64,000 bases of DNA from Nitrospirota bacterium (GTDB lineage: Bacteria > Nitrospirota > UBA9217), in assembly GCA_963754875.1 (NCBI GenBank), contig CAVWHO010000016.1, forward strand, positions 256,001 to 320,000, in the 5' to 3' direction. Below, in pieces: positions 21,524 through 30,772 of this stretch (its first letter is position 1; every line of letters begins with the position of its first letter). The notes under the pieces were generated by a model that saw only the letters and a program-made list of their open reading frames with translations, did not search any database and had not been told where the DNA came from. The translations under genes and the position numbers were made by a program.

Positions 21524-21724
21524 TTACAGTTTCACGACGTTGGTCGCCTGGGGACCTTTCGGTCCCGCGCTCACTTCGAATTCAACGTCCTGATCCGGCT
21601 GCAGGGACTTGAACCCTTCGCCTTGAATGGCTGAAAAATGCACGAAAACATCTGTGCCGGTATCCTGGGTAATGAAGCCATAGCCTTTGGCGTCATTGAA
21701 CCACTTTACTTTACCTTTCACCAA
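21524..21724 (-). CDS. Cold-shock protein (TTG start)
   Basis: [12 protein letters not shown] (RNP1), DVFVHFSAI (RNP2). Confidence 0.95.
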   Translation of the reverse strand: MVKGKVKWFNDAKGYGFITQDTGTDVFVHFSAIQGEGFKSLQPDQDVEFEVSAGPKGPQATNVVKL

Positions 21725-22052
21725 GCAAATTCCCTCCTTTTCTGCAAAATCCGAGGACGATGCCCTGTCCTGGGCCCGATCAGTGCTGCTTAGACAGCCG
21801 CATCACCGCTCAAACACGTTAACACTATCAAAAAGTTTTTTTTGTGTCAAGCGTTTTCAGATCGGGACAAACGGGCATGACAAGTAAAAATAGGTTCGAT
21901 GCCGGGAGGAGCCCCACACCCTCGGCCGGCGCTGCTGCTGCCGGCACGAACCGCGGACTCCGTCATCATGCTCTTTCCGCCCCCCGATGAGGGAATCGTA
22001 TCAGCCACGTGCCGATTTCGATCATCGCGATCAAATAAGCACGAGGGCAATC

Positions 22053-22331
22053 TTACCAAGCAGTCAGTTCTTCCAGCTCGGTAAGCAACTGCAGAGCTTC
22101 CGCCCTGTTTTTCCCGCACATATCCGATGTCTGGTAGGAACCACACACCGCCGGCCGGTCCGGCGTGCCGTAAATCGCGCAGAGGTTGTTCTGCGTCAAT
22201 TGTATGCACCGGACTCCTGCGGGTTTTCCACCGGGCATGCCCGGAACGTTCGACGACAGAGAGGGCGCAATACAACAGGCGCCGCATCCGGCGCGGCAGA
22301 TAAATCTTTGTGCATCGGGGTTTGTATTCAT
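22053..22331 (-). CDS. YkgJ family cysteine cluster protein
   Basis: CRAGCGACC...C..L....LCAIY...RPAVC. Confidence 0.85.
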   Translation of the reverse strand: MNTNPDAQRFICRAGCGACCIAPSLSSNVPGMPGGKPAGVRCIQLTQNNLCAIYGTPDRPAVCGSYQTSDMCGKNRAEALQLLTELEELTAW

Positions 22332-22394
22332 GAAAAAAAACGGTCTTCGCCTGCGGCCGAGTTCCAGGACCACCCCTGCATCAAAATGAAATAA

Positions 22395-22508
22395 TCACTG
22401 GACCTTGAGCTTCTGCTTCGTAAAGGAGATGAGGGTTTTCATCTGGGCGAGCAGGCTGTCGAATTCCTTGTCCTTGGCAGTTGCCGAGTGGTGAAGTACG
22501 ATCAGCAT
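22395..22508 (-). CDS. Putative 37-aa small protein
   Basis: GGGAG RBS 7 nt before ATG; MLIVLHHSATAKDKEFDSLLAQMKTLISFTKQKLKVQ. Confidence 0.5.
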   Translation of the reverse strand: MLIVLHHSATAKDKEFDSLLAQMKTLISFTKQKLKVQ

Positions 22509-22596
22509 GCAGTTACTCCCGGATTACGTGATGGTCACGCCGGGTCAGGCCAGTATAATGTTTCATGACCGGGCGTAGAAAAAAACCGCCGCGTTT

Positions 22597-22812
22597 TCAT
22601 TTTTTTTCTCCCCGTTCCCGTTTCCGGCGCACCGTAATGCTCTCACCGGCAATGCCCCAGTTATCGGTATCCACTTCTTCGATGACCACGACCGTGGTTT
22701 GCGGGTTCTTTCCGAGGATATCCTGCAGCATGGTGGTCACTCCCTGGATCAGCTTCGCCTTCTGTTCCGTTGTGGCGCCTTCTTTGGTTATTTTGATGTT
22801 TACGTAGGGCAT
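22597..22812 (-). CDS. 4-oxalocrotonate tautomerase family protein
   Basis: Catalytic Pro1 (MPYVNIK), EQKAKLI, NWGIAG. Confidence 0.9.
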   Translation of the reverse strand: MPYVNIKITKEGATTEQKAKLIQGVTTMLQDILGKNPQTTVVVIEEVDTDNWGIAGESITVRRKRERGEKK

Positions 22813-22853
22813 GCAAACCTCCGCAATCACGTGATGACGTCATACGACGTGCG

Positions 22854-23639
22854 CTAAAAAACCGTACCGCCGATATGCGCCATGGTGAGGCCTTTTGTGA
22901 TCTCGCGTTTGATATAGACTTTGATCACGCTTTGATCTTCGGGGTTGATGCGGACAAACTTTATTCCCATGCCCGAAGTTTTCAGCGGGCCTTCGCCGCG
23001 ATGGAAACTGTAAAGCACCATTCCCTCGACCTTGATTTTCAGGTCTTCCAGTAATATCGTGATGGGGATCTGGAGCCCTACAGGTTTGGGTTTTGATGTG
23101 CTGATATACATCCCCTGTTCCGACAAGGCAGTGATGTAATCTCCGCTCCCGGCAAATTCCGCGGCTTTGTCATCTCCCACGATGACGTTCAACGAAGTAT
23201 TAAGCCGGATATACTGGCGTGGCCGCGATTCCGTCGCTTTCTGTATCGCCGCGTACAGCACATCGGGCTCCACCGGCTTTTGCAGGTAGGCGGCGCACCC
23301 TTCCTGCAGAGCGGCGGCTTTGACCGCCTGGTCTTTTGACGACGTAAGCATGATGACCGGCACGGAAAAGGACTGCGGATTGCGTTTGATCTTTTTCAGG
23401 AGTTCAACACCGTCCATCCCGTTCAGGGATATTTCCGTCAAGACCAGTGCGGGATGGGCAACGCCCACGATCTCCAGTGCGTCTTCCGCGGTTTTCGCCG
23501 TATGGATATTGTATTCGAGCCGTTGCAGCAGCATGCTTGTATAATACAGATGTGCGTTGTTGCCGTCGACGACGACAAGGAAGCGTTTTTCCCGGTCCCC
23601 GGATTTTACCGCCGCATTTTGAACAATTGTGTCAGCCAT
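22854..23639 (-). CDS. Atypical receiver + PilZ domain protein
   Basis: Receiver fold with E at the phospho-Asp position (VLTEISL); RQYIR...LSEQG...GMGIKF. Confidence 0.82.
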   Translation of the reverse strand: MADTIVQNAAVKSGDREKRFLVVVDGNNAHLYYTSMLLQRLEYNIHTAKTAEDALEIVGVAHPALVLTEISLNGMDGVELLKKIKRNPQSFSVPVIMLTSSKDQAVKAAALQEGCAAYLQKPVEPDVLYAAIQKATESRPRQYIRLNTSLNVIVGDDKAAEFAGSGDYITALSEQGMYISTSKPKPVGLQIPITILLEDLKIKVEGMVLYSFHRGEGPLKTSGMGIKFVRINPEDQSVIKVYIKREITKGLTMAHIGGTVF

Positions 23640-23726
23640 CGCTGCGCTCCTTGCTGTGTGATTTCCCTAGGAAGATCATTCGTTGCTTTTGTTCCCGCAT
23701 CTCATGGTTCTTACGCCCCAAGGGGT

Positions 23727-24339
23727 TTAAATCGGCAGCTTGATTTTATACCGGATGGCGAGCATCCGCAAGATGAAAGTTACGCCGATGCAGGCGCTGA
23801 CCGCCGCAATATCGTTGCCGCCGGTATGGGTGACGATCAAATAGACCCACGCGCCCAGGAAGGCGCAGGTCGCGTACAGTTCGGTGCGCTGAAAAACATA
23901 GGGGATCTCATTGCAGATGATGTCACGCATCACGCCGCCGAAGACGCCCGTAATGACGCCGAGGAGGGATGAAACGAAGGGGGCGCAGCCGAGCTGGTCG
24001 GCGAGCGACGCGCCCGAGGCACTGAACGAGCCGAGCCCCAGTGCATCGAGCATAAGAACGAAGTGCATCACTTTCTTTTTGTTAAAAAGTTGCTCGATCT
24101 TCATCGTCGATACCATGGACAAAACGAGAAGAAGGACGGCATACTCGTAATGCTGTATCCAGAACAGCGGGTGACGGTCGAGCGTCAGGTCGCGCACGGA
24201 CGCCGCCGCCGAAGGCCGTGATCATGCCCACGGTATAGACGCCGACGATGTCCATTCCCTTCTTCCGCGCCTCGTAGATCCCCGTAAGGGCAAAGGCGAT
24301 GATACCGAGGACCTCGATTGTTTTAATGAGCGTGTTCAT
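23727..24339 (-). CDS. Trimeric intracellular cation channel (YadS-like) protein (frameshift near 24198)
   Basis: AFALTG, TAFGGG..RD, DALGL, TGVFGGVMRD, ELYA. Confidence 0.85.
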
Positions 24340-24806
24340 CAGATCACGTCATTTCTCCTGGTATGTTCCTCCGGGCTCACTTTAAAGTCGAGGATCTGCC
24401 ACTGGCTGCCGTGCTTAATCAGCGAAATTTGCATCTCCACCGATCCCGCCTCGAAATCCGCGCTCGCGGTGTAGTCGGCAGTGATGTCATATCCGCTCAG
24501 GGAAATGGTTATATTGGAATCTCCGGTCGAACCGTTATACCCCTGGAACTTTCCCAGTTCCTGGAGCGATCCGAAGTAGTCCTCCACATCATCGTAATCT
24601 ACAGAAGCGTCGAGTTCAGGACTGGCGCGTTTTTGAAGTTCCTCGACGTCCCAGTCGGCAACAATCGCAGGCACAGCAGCGTCCACAAAGGCCTTGCTCT
24701 CTTTGTCCAGCTTCTTTCCGATGATTGTTACGGACGCGATCGTGGCGGCAATGACTACGATGAGGGTCAAAAAAATGTAGCCCAGAATCATGATCGTTTT
24801 TTTCAT
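24339..24806 (-). CDS. Hypothetical single-TM protein
   Basis: N-terminal TM, acidic domain ending WQILDFKV; stop overlaps next start. Confidence 0.7.
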   Translation of the reverse strand: MKKTIMILGYIFLTLIVVIAATIASVTIIGKKLDKESKAFVDAAVPAIVADWDVEELQKRASPELDASVDYDDVEDYFGSLQELGKFQGYNGSTGDSNITISLSGYDITADYTASADFEAGSVEMQISLIKHGSQWQILDFKVSPEEHTRRNDVI

Positions 24807-25090
24807 GGATGGTCCTGCTCCTGCTGTTTAACAGCGGGGCTCTTCTTCCTTACAATAATAACACGATTTTTCATTCTGTATGGTATATCTTGCCGGATGG
24901 CCGGGAGAGCCTCAGGTCCTCCTCGGGACGATGTCGCTGCCGACGGCTCGGCATCGGGTAAGGAATGCGCAGCGGGCGCTGCGAAACCTAGTGGAGCCCT
25001 CCGGCAGGAGCCGGAGGCTCCAAATACATACACGACCTCCCGCCTGCACCCGGCGTTTACGGGTGCAATAGCACGAATGCAGGGCGCGCG

Positions 25091-27073
25091 TTACGGCGCG
25101 TTCCTCCCCCGGCGGGGGCCGGGGGATTCCAAGTCGCGGGATCGGGCCATGCTCCCAAGCTCATCGAGCAACGTTCCTGCGCTTCCCGGATCATGGAAAG
25201 CCGCGGCCTTTGCCTCGTTCCACCTGCGCCGGAGCTTCTTCACCTTCTCGCCCCTTGCCTCTTTCTTCTTCAGGAGCCGATCCAGTACCTTCAGCCGGGC
25301 ATGGTCAGCCTGCAGATCTCTGCTAAAACTGCGGTACTTCACAGGATCGGCTTTCGGAATCGAAAAGTCGCCCTTTGTCTTCCAGATGTCGCCCAGATGG
25401 AGCCATGCGGCAAAAGCGGTCGTCTTTTCATCAGCCAGAGGAACGATCTTCGATGTGGCCCTGATGTCCGTTACGTGAAGTCCGTTCTTGTCCGCTACAA
25501 CTTTCTGGCTGCCGGTGAACGGCTCTGCTCCCTGCGTATCAAAATACTTCCACGTCACCCGTGCGATTTGCGTCTCTGAGCCATGGCAGCTTTCACAGGT
25601 GCGGGACTTGCCGTAAGGATGCGCAACCTCTTCCACCTGAAGCCACGCAAGGTAATTGTTGTTCCCGCTGGCAACTCTGAATGTTCCGAGAAGCGCATAT
25701 GCGTCGTGGGTCTCTCCCTTTGGCCAGCGGAATGTGAGCCCCGGTGTCGGTTTGATGACTTCTTTGATGCCGCCTGCGCTGTTCGGCCAGATCTTCGTCG
25801 GCATCCACCTGCCGTTCTGATCTTTGAGCAGGATCGGCGGTTCCTGCGGTCCATAGTACAGCGAATACTTTTTGAAGGGATTCGGTTTGGAGAGGATCTC
25901 CCCGGGTCCCCAGGAGGTCATCTCATAGCCGCCGAGGACCTTCACGTGGCAGGCAGCACAGGCAAGGTTCTTGTGAACGCTCGTGGCCATTGCCTGTTCT
26001 ACTTCGACGTGGCAGTCCTGGCACGTCGCCTTTCGGTCAATATGTCCCATGCCGCCTGGCCCGGTTTCGTGACAACCGACGCACTCGATCTTCTGGGCGA
26101 CGTGGACATCTTCAGGCAGACCGGCTGGCTCCGAGAAATCTTTGCCGAGATAGCTGTCCCCGCGCCTTCGCTCCATGGTCCCGGCATGACACACGAAAGT
26201 GCTCCGCCCCCCTCCGGTGCAGTTCGGCGACGGCGGGATGCGGCTGAACGCGTGGACGCCCTGCTTCGGCGTGGGCGCATAATGACAGTCGAGACATCCC
26301 GCGTGGCAGATGTTGCACGCCTTCTGCTTCGCGATCGCCTGATCGTGAGAGAGCGGGAGATTTATCTGTTCAATAATCTTTTTTGTATTCTCGAAGGAGA
26401 ACTTATTTCCTTCTGCCCTGCCGACCGGCTGGGTGTCCGCAAAAGACGGCCCTCAATTATTCGGGCCGTGAATATCGTCCCAGACCCGCATGGACCGCTG
26501 CCGGAAATTCGCGCCCATGATGCTCGTACTGAATTGCTTCACTTCTTCGGGATGGCACGAAGACTGGCCGCAGGTCTTCTGCGCGATACGGGGATCGTAG
26601 CCTAAGGTGAGCGTGTTCCGGTCGTGATACAGGATCGTGCCCACGTCGTAATCGAGCGACCCGTCAGCAAGGCGCGGAAGCATGTTCCGCAAGCGGTCTC
26701 CTCCTGAAGGAAGGAGCTGATTGACATGGTTTTTGCGCGGTATGATGTTCAGGTCATTGTCCAGCACGATGAGCTTGAGCATTCTCTTGTGCGCCCTGTC
26801 GGGATCATCGGACAGGCCGTTGCCGAGGTGGCAATCGCGGCATTCGGTGTTCGGGTGGCGGGATTCCTTCTGCACCTGCTCGCGGGTCATCACGAACTGG
26901 GGGTAGCCGAGCTTTGTCATGCGTGCTTTGTCCGCATGGCAGGCAACACACTTGTCGCTGGATTGGTAGCCGGAATAGAAGAAGAGGAACAGCAGAACGA
27001 GGGCGAGTTGGAGGAGAAGGATGCTCATCCCGCGCTTGCTTCCGAAAAAATTCCAGAGTCTTCCAATGGCCAT
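25091..27073 (-). CDS. Membrane-anchored multiheme cytochrome c, probable selenoprotein (UGA codon 207)
   Basis: ORFs 26453..27073 and 25091..26194 share a frame and are separated only by TGA 26455-26453; 8 CXXCH plus CX4CH and CX9CH; SECIS-like hairpin follows the UGA. Confidence 0.8.
26409..26446 (-). promoter_or_regulatory. Putative bacterial SECIS element
   Basis: UCUUUUGC-ggacac-CC-a-GCC-GGUC-GGC-a-GG-GCAGAAGG starting after a 6-nt spacer 3' of the UGA; G-led apical loop ~26 nt downstream. Confidence 0.7.
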
Positions 27074-27131
27074 AAGAGGTTCTTTTAGATAAAAGTTAGA
27101 ATTTTCTTTTCCTGGTCGATTTGCGGCGCTC

Positions 27132-27446
27132 TTATTCTACGTTCCACTCGCCGGGTTTTAAATGCGTGAAGATATCCCGGCTCCCATGGATGACGGCAAC
27201 GATGGAACATGATGTATCGCTCGCTTTATAGATTATTCGGTAGGCCCCATAAATAAGTTCCCGGATGGATTGATCGTTGAATTCGGGAACTATGCGGCCA
27301 AGGAAGGGAGACTGTTGAAGTATGCGCGGTGCTTGAACAACACGCACGCCGAACCGTTCTGCATAGACGACGGAGTCTTTGGCAATATACTCAATGATGC
27401 TCTGAAGATCGTTCAGCGCCGGTTCTGTCCAGACGACTTTAGCCAT
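27132..27446 (-). CDS. RelE/ParE family toxin
   Basis: VVWTEPALNDL..I.EYIAKDS, GRIVPE, YRIIY, VIHGSRD. Confidence 0.9.
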   Translation of the reverse strand: MAKVVWTEPALNDLQSIIEYIAKDSVVYAERFGVRVVQAPRILQQSPFLGRIVPEFNDQSIRELIYGAYRIIYKASDTSCSIVAVIHGSRDIFTHLKPGEWNVE

Positions 27447-27619
27447 CCCTCAACCCTTTTTTCAGCCTCTTTCTGTGTTACCACGCGTCCTTCGTCAATT
27501 GCTTTCAGGCCGTGCTCCACTTTTTCCCGTACGTAGAGGTGATAATGAATATCCTCCAGGGTTGAGTCTTCGGGAAGGGACTTGATGAGCTCGATCACTT
27601 GTTCTTTTACATGTGCCAT
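27413..27619 (-). CDS. Putative cognate antitoxin
   Basis: 68 aa, overlaps toxin start; LPEDSTLEDIHYHLYVREKVEHGL. Confidence 0.8.
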   Translation of the reverse strand: MAHVKEQVIELIKSLPEDSTLEDIHYHLYVREKVEHGLKAIDEGRVVTQKEAEKRVEGWLKSSGQNRR

Positions 27620-27756
27620 ACCGCCACCTCCAACTGCATTATTCTAACATACCTCTGCGTGTTTTCACATAAAAATAAATTGTCGAGCATACTGATTTCA
27701 AGCCCAGCAGTGCGTCCATCCCAGGCGCGAGGTTCCTGTTCGCTTGAGCCAGGAAC

Positions 27757-27789
27757 GTAGGTCGGGTAGAGCACAGGGCAAACCCGACA
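27757..27789 (+). repeat. GTAG-type REP element
   Basis: GTAGGTCGGGTAGAGC...AACCCGACA. Confidence 0.8.
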
Positions 27790-27837
27790 TCATTCATTTC
27801 GCTAATTTCACGGTAAGGTTTGTGCTGCGCGACCGCC

Positions 27838-28833
27838 CTAGTAAAAATCCCGCATCAGAAAAAATCGTTCTTTCACCTTAGCTGATTCCATCGGCCGAAA
27901 CGTTCTGATCTGACCCTGATTCTCACTATATCGTATCTCATAAGGTTGACCGAGCACCTGCGTTAAGTGATAGAACGTCACAAATTCGGCAAAATCCTCG
28001 GCCCAACTCATGCTTCCATATAATGAGGCAAAAGGCGTCTCCAGAAGCTGCTCGTAGATCCGGACAGCGTCGGAGATTTCTATCTTCGGCTGAACGCTGT
28101 AAAATGCAATGTTTTTCCTCATCTGAAAATCGTATTGAGGCAATGGCGTTGTAGGATCGACCCAGGTATTTCCGGTAAAGGACGTCGCTGTCGTCTTAAC
28201 TCTCTTAATAAGCTGGATGTGCTTTTCAGCATAGGGGGTATACGATTCGACATAATCTACAACATGAGTCGCTTCGTGGATAAGCGCGTAGATAAAGCCG
28301 GTAAATTTCGTGCCGCAATTTACTTCTATTTTTACGTCCAACGCGTTCCTTATAAAACAGGTATTTTCACGATAGGTCAGCCATTTTGACAAGTCCGTCT
28401 TCAGCGTGTCCGGGTTGAACAGCATGACGGTGTAGATATTACTTTTCTCATCGAGAACATAATCCGTTGCCCCGCTCCCCTGCAGGTTATGAATGAAATA
28501 GATTGCGATGAGGCGCTTCTGAAGCACTTCTTTGTGACGCCGGGGGAGTTTTTCCATATAGTCCCCGATCATGCGCATCTCTTTCTGCGTCGGCATGTAT
28601 GCGGAATAGTTCGTGACCTTGTCCGTCTTATTCCAGAAGCCCACGACGAAATCGGGGGCTTGTTTTACTCTCGAAAGGATCGTGGACGTATTGTCGAACG
28701 CATACGCTTTGAGGTTCTTCGCCGGTATTGAGGCAAGGGTATTGAGAAGTTTCGTGCGGGGACTGGTTTGACACGAGAGAAGCGAGAAGAGGGCGATGCA
28801 TAGTAAAAAAGATCCGGCAATCTTATTCTTCAT
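27838..28833 (-). CDS. Lipoprotein, putative zincin metallopeptidase
   Basis: Lipobox LLSC; HEATH (HEXXH) and downstream EDFAE. Confidence 0.7.
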   Translation of the reverse strand: MKNKIAGSFLLCIALFSLLSCQTSPRTKLLNTLASIPAKNLKAYAFDNTSTILSRVKQAPDFVVGFWNKTDKVTNYSAYMPTQKEMRMIGDYMEKLPRRHKEVLQKRLIAIYFIHNLQGSGATDYVLDEKSNIYTVMLFNPDTLKTDLSKWLTYRENTCFIRNALDVKIEVNCGTKFTGFIYALIHEATHVVDYVESYTPYAEKHIQLIKRVKTTATSFTGNTWVDPTTPLPQYDFQMRKNIAFYSVQPKIEISDAVRIYEQLLETPFASLYGSMSWAEDFAEFVTFYHLTQVLGQPYEIRYSENQGQIRTFRPMESAKVKERFFLMRDFY

Positions 28834-28939
28834 AATTATTTCCTCTGTGCGCCCGTTCATCCGTGGAATTCAAGCAACTTTACCGTGCCGCTGTGCAGTT
28901 CGAACAACGTGTCGCTTTAGGCGGAGTCGGGCCGGGCCC

Positions 28940-29512
28940 TCATTCCAGTACTATGTCGTACTGGCTTAACAAACCGGCTATACCGGGAAAGGAAAACTTC
29001 GCTTTCCGAACAGTGTTCATTTCAAGGTTAATCGTGTAATTGCGAGACGTTTTAAAATCAGCTTGGCTCAAGTTTGTGCGCCTAAAAACAGTGTTCGAGA
29101 GGTCGCAGTTGTCAAAGGAGGCGCCTGTCAAGTCCGCTTCGGTGAAGTCCGCCTCCCTGATGCTACATTCTTTGAATCTCGTTTTTTTCAACTTGTTCTT
29201 GATGAAAATAGAATAGTCCAGGCTACATTTCTCAAAGCTCACCGCAAACAGGAGGGGGAGACATCTACTAAAGTCGACTCCAACTACCTTGCAGTTCAAA
29301 AAAGTCACATTTCTCATCCCAGCACGGTTGACCTTCGTCATGCTCAGATTGCAGTCAATAAATTTGCAGTCAGTAAAGCGCGTGTCGGACAGGTCGCTCT
29401 CAGAGAAATCGCAGTTTATGAAGGTGCAATCTTCGAATTCCTCACCCGCCAATCCGGTTCCTGCATAAGAGACCTTCTCGAAAACCTTATCAGCGTGTGA
29501 TACTTCCTTCAC
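28940..29512 (-). CDS. Pentapeptide repeat protein
   Basis: Repeated (A/C)(D/N)(F/L)xx pentapeptides. Confidence 0.9.
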   Translation of the reverse strand: MKEVSHADKVFEKVSYAGTGLAGEEFEDCTFINCDFSESDLSDTRFTDCKFIDCNLSMTKVNRAGMRNVTFLNCKVVGVDFSRCLPLLFAVSFEKCSLDYSIFIKNKLKKTRFKECSIREADFTEADLTGASFDNCDLSNTVFRRTNLSQADFKTSRNYTINLEMNTVRKAKFSFPGIAGLLSQYDIVLE

Positions 29513-29549
29513 CTAAATCCCCTTGCTGCCCGATATCGTCGTGCCGGCG

Positions 29550-30032
29550 TTATTGTTTCGGTTTGATTGGTATCCATATTTCCTCTTCTGAATTTGGGTC
29601 TTCATTTTTATATTTTTCACCTAATAGTTCGAAATGCGGCCTATTGTCTAAAGAGTAATCAGAATTTGGCAACCAAGTCCCGAAAATATACTGAAATGTT
29701 TCTCGTCCTGCGCTTGCAGCTCCTTTATGTAAAAAAACGGCATAAAGTCCGCCTGACAATGTAATGGTTTCCATTTCATGAGGAACCGCATTAAAGTCCG
29801 TCACTTCAATAACCGCCCATTTTTCAAATTCTGTGTTTGGGTTAAAATTCCTAAAATACAAATCATCATACACTTGCAATGAATAAAGTTCCGTGCCAAT
29901 GTTGTTTTTTATTTCTTTTCGCATGGGCATAAAGTTTCGCCATAGTTCACCTGTTTTATTGTCGGACAAAGACATTATCATTCGTTTCCCAATTAATTTT
30001 TTTTCGGTTAATAGTTCCATCCTCGCTTTCAT
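29550..30032 (-). CDS. GyrI-like small-molecule-binding protein
   Basis: GGLYAVFLHKG, IFGTWLPNS, RPHFE, EEEIWIPI; AT-rich relative to flanks. Confidence 0.88.
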   Translation of the reverse strand: MKARMELLTEKKLIGKRMIMSLSDNKTGELWRNFMPMRKEIKNNIGTELYSLQVYDDLYFRNFNPNTEFEKWAVIEVTDFNAVPHEMETITLSGGLYAVFLHKGAASAGRETFQYIFGTWLPNSDYSLDNRPHFELLGEKYKNEDPNSEEEIWIPIKPKQ

Positions 30033-30108
30033 AATGAAATGGCTATTCCTTTTTGTTGCCAATTTGTCCTGCCGTGTCGGTTCGCTTGCACCTAACCAGA
30101 CAAAGTCC

Positions 30109-30304
30109 GTAGGTCGGGTAGAGCGCAACGCAACCCGACATCCTTTCTAAACATCGTTTCTTAACACAGGACTCCCTGTCGAGAGACGTGTTGCCAAACA
30201 ATGGTCTTTGTTTACGGTCAGACAGATAGCGCGGCGCCGGTCCTCCTTACAAGGTGACACTTACAAAAGCGTCGGCTTTCGCGACGTCGCTCTACCCGAC
30301 CTGC
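30109..30304. repeat. Inverted pair of GTAG-type REP elements
   Basis: 30109-30140 (+) and 30271-30304 (-) share (GT/GC)AGGTCGGGTAGAGC. Confidence 0.8.
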
Positions 30305-30340
30305 TGGCTGGTCAGGCGTGCTGTATCTCATCACTTTTTT

Positions 30341-30730
30341 TCAGGAGTTTTCCTGACCCGATTCAGCCATGACCTGCTTACGAATCTCGTCGCGCAGATA
30401 ATCCAGCAGCTCCTGAGAACTCAGGCCTCGCCGTTGAGTCTCGGTTCTGACCCAATCTAACAACAACAGCCGCTGGGGAAGCGGCATGCCTTCAGTGCTA
30501 AGGGCTAGAGTGGAGCCGCAAGGACAATTCGTCAGCGCGACAGACCCAATTGGCCGCATGGTGTGCCAATTGTCCAATTCTGCATCGTAGGACATGGACG
30601 GCCCAATACGTTTGGTGATCAGAATATACTCGCGCAGCGTGGTAAAACAGCGGTTACAATTTGGGCAGACCTTGGGGAAAAGCCCTTCAAAGTGTTCGCG
30701 TAGTGTCTTGATAACCTCATCTTCTGTCAT
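30341..30730 (-). CDS. Hypothetical protein with CPNC and CPCGSTL motifs
   Basis: 129-aa ORF with putative metal-binding Cys motifs. Confidence 0.7.
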   Translation of the reverse strand: MTEDEVIKTLREHFEGLFPKVCPNCNRCFTTLREYILITKRIGPSMSYDAELDNWHTMRPIGSVALTNCPCGSTLALSTEGMPLPQRLLLLDWVRTETQRRGLSSQELLDYLRDEIRKQVMAESGQENS

Positions 30731-30772
30731 AGCGGGAAAAGTTGAACCAATGTCTCCGATCTTGCCGCTCGT

